A stretch of 63,464 nucleotides of DNA, the filler included, from Cercozoa sp. M6MM (lineage: Eukaryota; Protista; Endomyxa: Ascetosporea), in assembly GCA_040357565.1 (NCBI GenBank). It is 13 parts of 13 records of this genome, joined end to end, with 100 filler letters (N's around TTAATTAATTAA, not from the genome) between each part and the next. Parts side by side here need not be neighbours in the genome. Positions count along the whole stretch, not along the records: positions 19,606 to 28,922 come from JBDODJ010000488.1; positions 29,023 to 31,451 come from JBDODJ010001768.1; positions 31,552 to 39,452 come from JBDODJ010000586.1; 10 more parts are not named here. One strand, 5' to 3'. Below the pieces are notes generated by a model that worked only from the letters and a program-made list of their open reading frames with translations, had not been told where the DNA came from and did not search any database. Shown here piece after piece: positions 21,913 to 35,600 of this stretch; within the stretch, counting starts at the first letter, position 1; each line of letters begins with the position of its first letter. Position numbers and translations under genes: made by a program.

Positions 21913-22762
21913 TTTTAAATATTTAAATATGCATGTGTTCAGGTACCTGCTGTTCAAGTACGGCAAGAGCGTCGAGGATCTCTTCGCCTCGTCGGGTGTG
22001 TTGCAACCTGCCAGTGATCCATGTACCCGATAAGTCTGCGTGTGCGTGCAGGTGCCTCGGCCGAGGTCATTGCCGCCTTCAACAAGGCCGTTGAGGAGTA
22101 CCGTTGATAGACAGATCTACATATCTACACAGATATAGTATAGTAGATGTAGTAGGTATATTAATATTTGTGTGTGTGTGTGCAGGTACGAGGCCGTGCT
22201 GGCCGTGCGTGCTGCCCGCGAGAAGAAGATTGAGCAGCTCGTAAGCTTGGCCTCACATGGCATTGCAGTGTACAGCGGTCAGTGGGACTGCCTTTGTACC
22301 GACACTAACTCACCCTCCCTTGTGCTTAGCGAGCCCTGGTGGCCAAGGGCGGTGTGCGTGGCCTCACTGCCAAGGTAGACCTGTTCTAGTGCCACATGGA
22401 TGACGTACACATGCGCATGCACGCAGGCCGAGCTGGAGCAGATGCTGGCACAGGACCAGCTCGAGCAAAACCGCGCCGAGGTGACCAGCGCCGCGCGCAA
22501 GCGCCGCGCGCAGCGTGCTGTCGAGCAGGACGACGGCAGCGCCGCCCGCGAGGCCGCTCTGCGCGAGGAGCAGGATCGTCTCAAGGCCGAGGCTGAGGTA
22601 CTCTGCCCTGGCCCTTCTCAGCACAAGAGTGAAAGGGTGTTGACAGTCTTTCTTCCCTGTCTATCTGTTGTATCTTTACAGGCCAAGAAGAAGGCCGAGG
22701 AGGAGGCGCGTGCGGCTTCCCGTGCTCGCCTCGCTGCCCGTGCTGCTTTGTTTGGCAACTAA
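21271..22762 (+). CDS. EF-hand protein of the 34-kDa Ca-regulated actin-bundling family
   Basis: Complete spliced model: EQAKFFLNRY...LFLEALGETRTVRDLRDNLRTIDLDTNGRLALIEYLLFKY...GGVRGLTAKAELEQM...SRARLAARAALFGN*. Confidence 0.85.
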
Positions 22763-22960
22763 GCAAGTAACCTTTGTGACACCGTCCCTCGCGATCGGAT
22801 CGGCTAGTGTTTCGTTTACGCCAGTTAGCAACTGGTATTGCCCAATCAACTGCTGGGTGGTAACGCCGCCCGGGTGACCGATGATTCCGTTCCGTCGAAT
22901 TGATCGGATTCAGAAAAAAGAAGCCGGTAGAAAAGCACAAACGGGAGCTGTCGCAGCATA

Positions 22961-25227
22961 TTAACGCAGCTGACATCCAGGCAAAGCAGCCACGGCTTGG
23001 CGCACCTTCTCTTGAACCTACCCGGCAGCACACAAGCGTCCCACCAGGGTAGAAAAACAAAGGATGGCAAGGAGGTACCTCGTTGACCTCCTCTGTAAGC
23101 AGCGTACGATCGGGCGCGCGATACGTGATGCGGAAGCAGCGCGAGTGCTTGCCTACAAAGGACAGAGACAGACAACAGTGACACGTGACACAGCTTGTTG
23201 CGAAGAAAGCGGCCAAACTTACCAGTCTTGGGATGCGTGAAACGGTCAACGCAATCGACTGCTTCGACCCTGTACACAACGACAACCAAGGGTTAACACA
23301 GCAAAAACAAAGCCAGCAAGGCACTAAAGTGAGGCAGTGCCAGTCGCCGGCGATGTCGCGCAGCATCTCGCAGAAATCGTTCTCGTGCAGTTCCTGTTGA
23401 CACAGCAAAACGTCACCAGTGCAGATAGAAGGAACACATAGTGGTACCTCGGGACACCAGAAGGCAACGTCACGATTGGTTGGCGGGTATCTACGCACAC
23501 AACCATATATACGCACTGACTTGGAGCAGCGAAAAGAAGAATTGTACTTGGAGAACTCCTGGAACCGGAACTTTTTCACAGCAGCCTGAGTTAAGAGTTA
23601 AAACCCAAAGGGATGAACAGCAGGCAGCAAAGGTAAGGAGAGGAGCCAAGTGGACATACGCTCTTGGCATCCTCGGAAAGCGACGGGTCGTCCAGTGTCG
23701 CTTGCAGTGACAGCCACTGCGAGGACCACCTCTCGTCCTAGTGCACATTGCACATTGCATATTGCACATTGCACATTGCACATTGCGCGCGCACACACAC
23801 ACACACATGCGCACAGGACAGGATACATCACTCCAGAACAGACGAATGTCCTTGACACCGAAGAGTGCCATCGCGATTCGCTCCAGTCCGATGCCAAAGG
23901 CCCAGCCCTGTATGCGTGTGTACAAGTACCAGACATAAAGTAGCAACAGCGGTACATGATGTGTGTCGGCCAGACCGGCGTTTTCAAGCACGCCGCGATG
24001 AACAACTCCGCAGCCAAGACACTCCATCCACTCGCCCTCGAAGAAGACCTTTGGTAGCCATAACACATAGCCCCAGATCTCTTCATTCTGACTGCTACCC
24101 TTAGGACACACACACCTCGAGTTCGAACGACGGCTCTGTGAAAGGAAAGTACTCGTCGACCCACCTGAGAACAGAGGGAGTGAGAGAGAAAAGGACAACA
24201 CAGAGACAACGAGAGGCTACCGCTTCTCGAGTTGCTCGCCAAAGAGAGAGTCGACCAGCGACTCGAGCGACGCCTTTAAATCCTTCTCAACCTGCAAGAC
24301 AACAAGGCAAAACAATACTCGCTACGCACAGGAACAGCAAGCACAGCGTTGCGAGTCAGCCACACGTACCTGCTCTGCCGTGAACTCTTCCTTCTTCCAT
24401 AGACGCACACCTGAGCACAGCATCAAACCAGGGTAGGGCAGGGGAGGGGAGATGATACCTTCCATCTGATGGAACACCGGGTAGTGCGAACGATCGATCT
24501 CATCGCGTCGGTAGCAGTCGCCCTGTCAAGACACCGAGTTGATTGAGACAAAGGCAGCAATCACACTGCAAAGCTACCGTAGCCAGGAAGCTGTGCGTGC
24601 CACTGCGCAGCAGTTCGACCTGGTGCGCGCTCGTGTGTGTGCGCAGCACCGTGTTCTCGTCGACCTACGCAAGAGAGACGCAAGTCAAAAAGCACATGGA
24701 TAAGAGGAGACAACATGCGCGCATGCACATACATAGTAGGTGTCGCTTTTGCCGCGAGAGACGTGATCCGGCCCGATCAGCAGCGAATCAAAGTTGGATT
24801 CCAGTGACACCTATCCACACAACACAGACAAGATACAAGGACGCAGTTGGAGGGAGTAACGGACAAATCCAATGATGCTACCACGGGGTCCTTATCATCC
24901 ACCTTTGCGAACACGCCTGGCCACTGCTTGTCAGCGTGCGCGTGGATACGCTGACCAGGGCGACAAAATCGAATGACCCAATCGACTGCCTGGTACATTT
25001 AAAACATCTCTCATACCTGTCGAACGATGCTGATCGGATGTGCGCGTTGAAGGTGCAGTTGCTGTCCCGTGCGCGACCAGATGCGTGGCGTCACATTGCT
25101 TTCGAACACTGCAGGCCAAAGAAAAAAGAAATTGACCATTTGTTTCCGATAGGATAGAATTGATTGAAGGGATCGCACTGCGCAGCTGCAGCTGCAGCCG
25201 TCGGACGCAAGCCCGCTGTGTAAACAT
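22961..25227 (-). CDS. FARS2: Phenylalanyl-tRNA synthetase, mitochondrial monomeric type
   Basis: [93 protein letters not shown] (anticodon-binding domain). Confidence 0.95.
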
Positions 25228-25381
25228 CTCTAAGAACTTATTTGTTGGCTGTAGGAACCTGCGTGTGACATCCCGTGACGCTGCCTTAACAATACGAGAT
25301 GAATCGTCAAGGGCCACAACAGTGTTTCTTAGCACATAGAGTACTAAAGTGCAATGCAATTATTTTAGCTGATTTAAAAAG

Positions 25382-25888
25382 CTATCGACGGCGGCGCCGG
25401 TTGCGGTTGGTGTTCTTGGCCTGTGCACGTGTGGTGACGGTGCGCGTCACTGTGCTCCTCCGGGTACTACTTCGGGTGGTATTCCGAGTACTGCTCCGAG
25501 TGCTTCGAGTGTTGACACTGCTACTACCACCGGTGTCCTGACTGGACTGCGTGGAGGCCGCCCTGGCTTGCGAGCGCGTGGTGACGGTGCGATGTTGCCG
25601 CTGCTGCTGCTGTTGCTGTAGTTCTTGTTCCTGCTGCTGTCTGCGGGCGGCACTGCGTGTGACACGGCGAGTCACCGCACCGACAGCAGCATCGTGACTC
25701 TTCTGCTGCGGTGCCTCCTCTGGTGTGTCGCCTGCTGATGTGTCACCCTCTGGTGCATCACTCGGACTCTCCTGACTGTCACTATAAGGAGGGGACACAG
25801 TCATGTCACAGGAAGAGGAACGTGTAATGTGTGTGTGAATATATATATATATATATTTATACATAGAGATAGATAGATAAATAGATAG

Positions 25889-25967
<79 letters not shown>

Positions 25968-26403
25968 AGAGAGAGAAAGAGCACGTGGAACGAGTCGGCG
26001 CAGGCAGAGCCACCGACCGACGAAGCAGGCCGCGCCGCCGCTCGGCCATGACGTTCCAACCGCTGCCTGTGTGCCGAGTGTTCCTCCTGTCCTGCGGTGT
26101 CCTGTGAGTCAGCAACAGCATGGCCTCGCTCGACTCGCCCTGGTCGAACTGGCGTCGCACCAGAGGCACGCGTTCTCTCTGCACCACACAATGTGAACAG
26201 GGACAGGAAACCAAGGGTGCCCCGCCTCGCAGGGACAGGTAGGAGCATACCACCAGACGTCTCGCACGCCAAGGTTGTCGCTGCAGGTCGCCGGAAGAGC
26301 AGGAGGCAGAGTCGTCCTGCACACGGCCGAGGTGTTCCTCGTCGTCGCTGCTGACAGTGCGACGTGCCTCCTGTACCTCTTGTTGTTCTTGTTGTTGTTG
26401 TTC

Positions 26404-26445
<42 letters not shown>

Positions 26446-27829
26446 CGACAGGGCATGCTGCCGCAGCATAGGCGCCGCCAGGTCGCGCGCCGTCGCCGGC
26501 GACACCTCTCTCGACCAGGCCGTCAGCAGGTGCGACTGCGCCACGTAGCCGTGGTTGCGACGCCACCTGGAAGGGGGTAAGAGCACGAGTAGGGTAGGGT
26601 AGGGTAGGCATGGGGTAGGGTAGGGTAGGTAGGGTAGGGATAGAGGTAGGGTAGGGTAGGGATAGAGGTAGGGTAGGGTAGGGATAGAGGTAGGGTAGGG
26701 TAGGGATAGAGGTAGGGTAGGGTAGGGATAGAGGTAGGGTAGGGTAGGGTAGGGTAGGGCTAGGGGTAAGGTAGGGTAGGGTAGGGTAGGACTAGGGTAG
26801 GGATAGAGTTCGGGGCAAGGGCAGGCGAGTACCACACAGCCATGGCCAGAGCGTGCTGCAGTGCCTCCGCGCGGAAGCGGCAGAGTCGAGCGTCGGACAG
26901 GCGCCACCAGCGACGCCGACACGTGTGTAGCAGCAGCGACTGCACAAACCAGCCACCAGAGGACGGATTAGAGGACGTGTCGGTGGACGAGTCAGCGGAC
27001 GTGTCAGTGGACGTGTCAGCGGATGGGTCAGCGGACAGGCGAGTCACGCAGACACATACATCGCCTGCCTGCAAGTCGGCCGACTCCGAGCGATGTCGCT
27101 CCTGCCGCAGCAGCAGTACCTCGCATTCGACGGTGCCAGTGGTACCGTTGATACCATTGATACCAGTGATACCAGTGATACCAGTGGTACCATTGATATC
27201 ATTGATACCAGTGGCACCAGTGATACCAGTGGTGCCATTGATACCAGTGGTACCACAGGTAGGCAGCAGCAGCGACGACGGCGACACCAGACGCGCCTCC
27301 TGTGCCACGGCCTGCCACTGCGCCTGCCGCACCTGCCGCCGCAGGTCCAGTCCCTCGTGCCGCAGTGCCAGCGCCACCACCTCCGTCTGGGGCAGGAGGT
27401 CACAGTACACACGGGTAACAGCACACGGCACAGGGTTTCAACAGGGGGGGTAAAGGCAGCAAAGCTACGGCAGCTCTGACGTGAGTGTCACGCGAGTGCA
27501 TCAGCAGACTGAGTGGCGACACTTTCGTCCGCGCGGACGTTCGCTCCAGTGTCGACACGGCCGCGCGGAGCACTGGTTCTGGCACCGGCACCGGCTGAGT
27601 TCCGGCTTGGACTCTGCAGGTGTAACTCCCTTTATTCTCACCTATCCCTTTACCCCTTAACTCCTGTCGCAGATACCGTCTGCGCTTGGGAAGCGGGAGC
27701 CGTAGCGTGCTGGCGAAGCGATCGGCGTGGCCAGTGGCCACGTGGGTCAGTTGGTGCCGCACCTGTGCCTGCACGCAGTGGGCCACGTGCGTTCTCAGAG
27801 GGTCCCTGTGCACATGTTAGTTAGTCAAC

Positions 27830-27861
<32 letters not shown>

Positions 27862-28500
27862 GACAGACAGAGGTGTACCTCGGCACATCGAGGTCCAGCA
27901 CAGGTGCCACACGTGTCAGCACACGTGCCATCACGAGCGTTTCTCGTCGCCGTCGCTCTCGCTGACCAGGGTGGGGCGTAGGGCAGAAAGGCAGGGGGTG
28001 GAAGAGCAGGGGATTAAGGGGTGGGGTCGAAGGGGTGTCAGAAGAGGTAGACTACTCGCGAGCAGTGGTCCAGCGGGGGCAGTAGTTCCTGCTGCCACAA
28101 GTGCGGCGGCACCTCCAGCAGCATCTCGTCGTGCCGCACGCGACACCGCAGTCGCAGCTCGCCGTCACTCCACACGCACGGACTCTGCCCGGCACTGCAC
28201 TCACCGTCCGCGCGGATACACAGACACCCTCCCCTTCCACCCCTGCTACCAAAAATCAGACTACGGAAACGGTCGGTGTACGAGCGCTCGCCACAGTCCG
28301 CGCGGACAGACGCCTGAGCAAAAAAAAAAAACATCAAAACCACCAGGCTGGAGACACGGTGTACCCTTGGACTGCCTAATGTACGACGGCTCCCGGTGCT
28401 GCACGGTCAGCACGCCGCGTTTTGGAAAGCCCGCGAACGACTCATCGTCCCGACGCTCGACCTGTGATTTCGACGACACGTACTGCTGCTTGAGTGCCTG
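25382..28500 (-). CDS. Large hypothetical multi-exon protein with poly-Q and low-complexity C-terminus
   Basis: GC-rich exon-like segments separated by GT-AG microsatellite/C-rich introns; family not recognised; boundaries approximate. Confidence 0.5.
26589..26810. repeat. Intronic (TAGGG)n array with GATAGAG interruptions
   Basis: Read directly; lies inside an intron of the minus-strand gene. Confidence 0.9.
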
Positions 28501-29050
28501 GAGACGAGCCTCGGCGCGCTCTGATCAAGCATTAGTTTTCTCAGACGAACAGAATAAGCCTTCACTTACTTGAGCGCAATCGAAATCTCATTTAAACATG
28601 CTGGCGCTGCACAGTTAAAACGACCAGCGTTTCCTGATATTTTTTATAAACCATTCCCGTCGCTCCGGGTCGAGCATCATCAGCGGCATGGTAGTGTGCT
28701 AGACATCCATTGTGTTCCACACACAGCTGTGAGCAAGTCGTTTGGCCTGTGTGAACAAAAATGTAGTGCAAATCACAATGATGTTTTTGGTGCAGTTTGG
28801 TGCTGTAATTTGGGAGGCTTATTTTGTAAGTGCGTTTCTCTAGAGTAGTCGCAAGGTGTGAAAGGTCACAGAGTACGCGGCAAGGATGTCGCTGTACCAA
28901 GTGACGGCGCGCGATGACTTTGNNNNNNNNNNNNNNNNNNNNNNNNNNNNNNNNNNNNNNNNNNNNTTAATTAATTAANNNNNNNNNNNNNNNNNNNNNN
29001 NNNNNNNNNNNNNNNNNNNNNNCCCCCCCCCCCCCCATTTACCCCTCCAG

Positions 29051-29765
29051 GCGACTTGGCGGGCGTGTGTCGACTGTGGGACGCGCGCACCGGTCGCGCC
29101 GTCTGGCACGAGGCCAACGCGCACGCCACGGGCGCTCTGATCAGCGCCTCCTTCCGCGCGGACGGCGTTTCGTTAGCCACTGCCGGACAAGACAACATGT
29201 ACTGCCTTGCCATGTGTCTATGTATTTGCATATACCCCACCCTGTAGTGCACGCATCTTTGACATCCGACAGCGACGCGAGGCGTATGCCCTGGCCGCGC
29301 ATACGCACGCTCTGAGCGACGTCTCCTGGTCTACACACGACGGCGTACCCTTGCCCCTCTCTCTCCTTCCGGCCTATCTTCCGCGCGGATGCTCTCTTTT
29401 GTGAGCAGGGTCAGACGCTGCTGACCGCGTCGTACGACCGACGCGTCTGTGTCTGGAACGGCGTCACTCTCGAGCTCGTGCGACGCAGCGAGGTGCGTCC
29501 GTTGCTTTACCCTTGCTCCCTCCTTTACCCTTTTATTCCCATTACCCGCTGAGCAGCCACTGGAGGACAAGGTGACACGTGTGCGCATGTCGCACGACGG
29601 CAAGTTCTGGTGCTCGGGCGGCTTTGACCGGTACGCCGCCTCTGCTTGTCTGAAGGAAGGGCAATTTTACCTCTGTCTTGTGAGTACAGACACGTGCGCG
29701 TTTGGCGACGCGACGCGCTGGCTGCAGCGGAAATGGAAGCCTTTGCACTCCCGTCGCACGGTTAA
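29051..29765 (+). CDS. PRPF4: WD40 protein, U4/U6 snRNP Prp4-like, C-terminal part
   Basis: DLAGVCRLWDARTGR, SFRADGVSLATAGQDN, IFDIRQR..YALAAH, LLTASYDR, KVTRVRMSHDGK..SGGFDR. Confidence 0.75.
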
Positions 29766-30554
29766 CACGACACATGCGACTGATGCTTATGAGCAGTTAG
29801 CTAGTCACTAGCGTAGTACCAGTACTACGCTATTGTTGCTACAAATTCACATTTGTCATTGCCTTAACCCGTCCGCGTGGAGACGAGATCTCAAAGAGAG
29901 AAAAGAAGATTATGAGTGTTTTGGTTTGGTGCTGCACTGTACCTTGCTCTGAGACCTAACCACTGACTCGGAATGCTGTTGCTGTAGATCTCGCCTGGAT
30001 CTCTGGAGTGCTTGCAGAGAAGCAGAAAGCTCCGTCACGGCTTCGTCAGTTGGCTAATTGGTTGGTCCCATTCCTGATTTATTTAATCGAATCCATCCCT
30101 GATTTATTTAATCGAATCCATTCCATTGCCGATTAGGCCATTGTGCCGCAGTAGCACTATGTCATGTACTACGTCGTGTACTGTTCATATGGTGCCTTGG
30201 GGTTGACCTTGGCCTAGCTTGCTAACGTATCTAACCATACGATAAACAAGCCATCGCATGGTACTACTTGGCAACATGCGAGGAGGCGCCGCTGGCGCCG
30301 CTCGTCGCATTGCCGCCGCCGCCTGCAATCAAAACACGAACTCGCGGTGTCTGAAGCGATTGTTAGTACAGTATTATGACTAAAAGGCCACATACCTGCG
30401 TTGGTGCGATGCGTCGAAATGAGCGACTGGAAAAAGTGCTGCACGGCCGCCTGGGGATTGCCTGTTCACACAGACAGATACACACACACATACACATATA
30501 TAGATATAACTGAGGGAAGAAGTAGGTCAAAACAAACCGGCAGCAGACATTGAC

Positions 30555-31370
30555 TTAGCCTTCTTGACCTTTTGCTTCTGCCAGCACAGACACAGTCGAG
30601 GTCCTCTTAGACAAATGAATGGAAGGCCACACCTGCTTGTGTTGTTCCGACACTTGCTGAGCAGTCTGCTTGAGCGCCTTGTGTGCCCTGTGACAGTGGT
30701 TGGTGAGGTAGATCGGTAGGTAGGTAGGTAGGTAGGCAGGTAGGGAGGTGGGTAGGTGGGTAAGTGGGTGAGTAGAAGATAGGCAGGAGGAGGAAAGAGA
30801 GTACATGCTGGCGGCGGCCGTGCTCTGCGAACGTTGCGCGAACGCCGTGGCCGTGCTCACCGAGTCGACCGAGTCGAGGTCCTTGTGCAACCGCTGCAGG
30901 AAACGCGCGTCCGCCACGGCACTCACTGTTTCTACTCGGGGAGGGGGCAATGAGTAAAGGAGGACGGACAAGGAGAGGGAGAAAACGGCAGTGAGGTAAG
31001 GGGTAAGGGACAAGTAGAGAGCAAGAGCAACACCATCCTCGTTGACACTGACGGCAACACCCGGCCGGTCAGGGAAGACATCCGCATACGCAGCGTCGTC
31101 TTGCTCTTGTTGCTCGAGTTCCTCTCCTTCAATATCTCTCTGTTCGAAGGCACGCAAAGCTACCGAGCCAGCGCCCAGAGGGCCTGTCGGGGGGGGGGGG
31201 GTAAAGATATGGGATGAGGAGGTTGACCAGGCTACCATTGCTGTCTTGCACTGGTCGACGGCACGTGTCACGCAACACTGCCTCTGAGTCGGCACCAGCC
31301 ACCAAGAGCTCACCTGTGCCATGTGGTATGCCACGTGTCCACTAACACACATGCACTGGGGATCATCCAA
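30555..31370 (-). CDS. Hypothetical multi-exon protein
   Basis: Exon-like segments (GPLGAGSVALRAFEQRDIEGEE...; ETVSAVADARFLQRLHKDL...) with C-rich GT-AG introns; ends uncertain. Confidence 0.4.
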   Translation of the reverse strand: MDDPQCMCVSGHVAYHMAQVSSWWLVPTQRQCCVTRAVDQCKTAMVAWSTSSSHIFTPPPPTGPLGAGSVALRAFEQRDIEGEELEQQEQDDAAYADVFPDRPGVAVSVNEDGVALALYLSLTPYLTAVFSLSLSVLLYSLPPPRVETVSAVADARFLQRLHKDLDSVDSVSTATAFAQRSQSTAAASMYSLSSSCLSSTHPLTHLPTSLPAYLPTYLPIYLTNHCHRAHKALKQTAQQVSEQHKQVWPSIHLSKRTSTVSVLAEAKGQEG

Positions 31371-31667
31371 AGCGATAAAATGGTACCAGATGCAAGCTGC
31401 TCAAAATTCGCGTGTCGAGGAAACAGTCGCCACACCAGGTACCTGTCCAGANNNNNNNNNNNNNNNNNNNNNNNNNNNNNNNNNNNNNNNNNNNNTTAAT
31501 TAATTAANNNNNNNNNNNNNNNNNNNNNNNNNNNNNNNNNNNNNNNNNNNNTGTGTGTGTGTGTGTGTGTGTGTGCTTTTTTGTTTTTGTTTTTGTTTTT
31601 GTTTTTATTGTTGTTTTGCTGGTTTTCCATTTTTTTGTTGTTGTTTTTAATGCTTGTTGTTTTCAGC

Positions 31668-32088
31668 GACCGTTTTTTGACGAGTTCGTCGAGCAAGTGC
31701 GCGTGGAGATGGTGAGCCTTGTCCCGCTTTTACCCCCCCCTTGTCTTTACCCCTAGCTCGACCCCAGGGCGACGAAAGCAAGGTGCAGACTGGTGTCTTT
31801 GGCGCTCGCATGGTGCGTTTTACCGTCGTTTTGTTTTCTTGTTTTATTTTAGACTTGTTTTATGTTGTTTTTATTTGTTGTTTTTTTGTTTCACAGGCGG
31901 TAGAGATCCACAACGATGGTCCCGTCACGATCGAGCTGGAGGACGTTGCCGACCCTGGTGCGTTAGCGTCAGTCCTTACCCCCCCCCCCCCTGCTACCCA
32001 ACTTCAAGTGAACTGAAGGTTGTAAACATGATGTGCAGAGTCACCCGAGGCCAAGCGGTTCGAGCGAAGAAGACAGCAGCAGCAGTGA
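31668..32088 (+). CDS. DTD1: D-aminoacyl-tRNA deacylase, C-terminal part
   Basis: FFDEFVEQVR...KVQTGVFGARM|AVEIHNDGPVTIEL (NDGPVT signature). Confidence 0.92.
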
Positions 32089-32443
32089 CTCGAGCGGACA
32101 GGAGGGGACGGCACTAGAACCACGCTACTGTAGCTACTTTGCCGTTTATTCTTCGCTTTCTTAGGGCATGGCGGGGTTTTCGAGGCAAAAGAGAATTATG
32201 TTACTGACACGACAGTTGTCACGGTCAGTGAAAAGAACTAAAAGAAGTAACGTAAGTCGTCAATTGGACAAAGTGAGGGAAGAGGCTAAGTAAAGGAAGC
32301 AAAGGGGGTTAGGGGAAGGCGGGTTGAGGTGGGGGGGGGGGGGNNNNNNNNNNNNNNNNNNNNNNNNNNNNNNNNNNNNNNNNNNNNNNNNNNNNNNNNN
32401 NNNNNNNNNNNNNNNNNNNNNNNNNNNNNNNNNNNNNNNNNNN

Positions 32444-32487
<44 letters not shown>

Positions 32488-32645
32488 TTTGCCTCGAAAA
32501 AGCGCCGCGGGGAAGTCTTAACCGCGTCTTAATCATGGAAAATCAGTTTAAATACAAATGAGTGCAGTGGGTAATACGATCATGACTGAAAGTGTTGGTC
32601 TGTCCAATGGTACCCGTAAAATGTATGTTGACAGTAACTCTAAAC

Positions 32646-35600
32646 CTAAATGTATTGCGGCAGCAGGCGACTTGCTGTGATGAAATCTTCCAGTCGATTT
32701 CCGTAGCCGGGAGGAGTGAGCGGAATCGATTGGAATGGTGTCACCTGTCCCAGTGCTTCACCAACTCCGGTTACCCACAGGTAGTCGATGATGGCGGCAC
32801 GGCACAGCGCCGGTCGCAGTTCGAGGCCTGTGTCGCCGCCCTTGCGTCGCAGTTGGGCCGCGCGGAACACGAGCAGCATGCTGTAGTCCGTAGAGTACAG
32901 CTGCTCTCGCAAGAACGTTCTGCACAAGAGAGAGACATACACCCAATCGTAATGTAGCTGTTAGAAGATGGCGATACGTGTCATTCCTAAAGATCTCCGC
33001 CAGGTTGTCTGGGAGAGCCGGTACGTCAGGAGCGGTGCTTGACGCTGACGCCGGGGACATCGCTAGCATGCTGGGTAGCACGAGGTTCGATACGTCAATT
33101 TCAGCCACTGTGTCCTGCCGCAAGAAGCGTGCGAGCTCTGTTTCACGCTGCATCAACTCGGCAGGTGGTTTGTCCTGTTTGCTCGTAGGCACAGTCAGCG
33201 CATTTGCAGTGATTCCTTTGACGTCGAAGGTGTCCCCGAACTTGCACTGTAAACATTCACGTTCAGACGCATTTTTCAAGCAAAAGTACCGTTTCATTCG
33301 GCATGGACATCTTGCCGTTTAGCATGACGAGAATCTTGACGTCGGTCTTGTTCACCGTGACCTCCGCTACGGCTGCCAGTGCGCAATACATGTATGCTTT
33401 TGTTCAATTTAAGTCTACTCATTAATTGAGCGAAGAAGCACTGTACCCACAATCGGCGCCAAGAATGTCGGTCTCGGTGAGTATACATTGCCATCCGTTG
33501 TTTCAACCATATGAGCGACGTACTTCAGGAGAACATCGTTCCCTGGTTGGATGAACATCCAATGGTCGCGTGTTTTTGCCATCTAATTCCGCAGACAGAA
33601 TAATTAGTGTGAACGATTGAGGGTATTTCGTACCGTTTTGAAGACAAAGTGCTCGGTGAAAGCGAAGCGCTCGCCTCTGCACGAGTGCATTCAGTTGAAT
33701 TTATCGCACTTCAGTCTCAAGTACAAACTACAAACAAAAGCGCGATAAAGGAGACCATACGAAAGCGAGGCGTTGCCACCACCACCAAATGCGACTGTCT
33801 CCAGTTCTGCTGCCATCAAGTTCTCGTCGACTCTGTAGGCCTGACGCAGCGGCTCGACAGCACGGTGTGCAAGAGAAAACGAAGTTTGAGGCTGGGTCTC
33901 CTTGCCTGCGCCTGCATAATTTACAATGTCAATTACAGTTATAGAAGACAGGAACGAGCGTAAATTTAGTGTACCTCCCCATGCTCGAAGTTGCTCGACA
34001 ACTGCTTCAGTGAGAGCTTCGTGAGGGGCAGGAGCAAGAGGGGAAGGAGGGGAAGGAAGCACATCAACGCTCTGCAAGGCCCAGTGTGCACGTAGCAGCG
34101 CACGAACGGCGTGGAGAACGGTTCGGCTGCGACCGAGGTGCACACGTGCGGTCTCTTGTCGAAGCGCATTGGCCAACTCCTGTTCCGAAGCACTCTCGAC
34201 TCGGCTCTGGTGGTCAAATTGTGTCAGACTCAATGGCGCGTGTCGCCAGAGAGACGTGCTGTTGCATAGAGAGTCAGTCGCAGAACACAGCAGTCCTTCC
34301 TCGTTCAGGTCGAAGAGTCGGCGCTGCTGGAGCATGTCGTGTGTCTGCACGCCCTGCATGACACCGATGGCATACTCCACTGTGACCGACTCGGCTTCGA
34401 GAGTTTGCTCTTGTCCTATCTGCTGGAGCAGCACCGTTGGTGTCGCTGACACAGCACGATCGGCGCTCACCGTGAATAGGTCGAACACGCGGCTTTCGTC
34501 GAAATGTGTTGTCTCTTGCTGGCTTGTGACATCTGAGGATCAAACAGTACACGCCAATCTGATGCCACAAAGGGACAGGAAGCATAATAGTGGACTCGTA
34601 AGTTTCAATTTACCATGTTGAAAACAAGCGAAGGCCAACCCTTCCGACGTTATGCCATTTGAGGATCGTTCGAGCAGTTCGCATCGAACACCGCGACGTC
34701 CCTGTTTCTGCATCTCCTGAAAAAGCCGGCGCTCAAATTCCTCCAAGCATTTCACAGTTGTTTCTTCAGTCAACTCGCCTTGGTCTACTCGCGCTGTGTT
34801 GGCTGCGACGACGGCCCGACTCTTGCCTTGTGGGTAGACGCCAGCCAGGTTCAGTCTGCTCGCAATATGTTTACGCATAGTCTAGAAAGCAGTTCGTTTG
34901 TCAATTGTTGTTACCGTTCGGCGAGAGCGCGAATTGCGATTTCAAACATGGGATTTCCCGGTGCTTCAAAGGCGGCATCCGGCAGTTCTCGCTCGTGCAG
35001 ACCACTCAGGTACAGCAGCGTGCAGGAATCGACGAGAGGGAGTGTTCTATCATAATTCCGGTGCAACCAGTCAACTCCCCCCGCTGATGACCACCAATTC
35101 GCTGTTGAGCAGTTGTCGATGATCGCAGACGTAGTTGCAACCCGTACAACATTCTCCGCGCGAATCATGCGAGTCACTTTCTCGGACACGACTGAAGGAA
35201 ACGGTGCTTGCAGTCGTGCGTCCGATTCGTACGCTTCCTTCAGCTTCTTCATGTAGTCGCTTCGTCGCGCATCGTAGTCCCAGATGGCACCACCACCCCA
35301 CCAGTGAGCATTCGCAGCTTGGCGCAAATTGATGCAATTCGTCGCAGGCAAGCCGAGCAGCCGAGCGGCTGAAGCCATACCTCGGTGAAGGAACTTGTTT
35401 TGGTCCACACCACACGAGGAGACGTTCCGTTGAAAGACACGGTTCACGTCGTTCAGCAAATCGCCGGCGTAGTGAGCGTGTGCAGCTCCAGCGATCCCAG
35501 AAGCTACCGAATGCCAGTTCACAGAAACGAATAAAACAACAGGTTGGGTAGTTTGGAAAGTTGAGGCAAGCATTGCGCATACAGACCGAGTCGAAGGTGC

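Noticed and set aside
26589-26810. (TAGGG)n and GGGGTAAA tracts as telomeres
   Set aside because: They are internal, intronic, degenerate and occur in many variants; they are not terminal arrays.
30073-30121. Tandem duplication of CCTGATTTATTTAATCGAATCCAT
   Set aside because: Two copies only, intergenic; consistent with the general slippage seen throughout the window.
33890-33935. Walker A motif in the large secreted orphan (NYAGAGKE)
   Set aside because: Lacks the leading G/A and the S/T after GK; no Walker B context seen.
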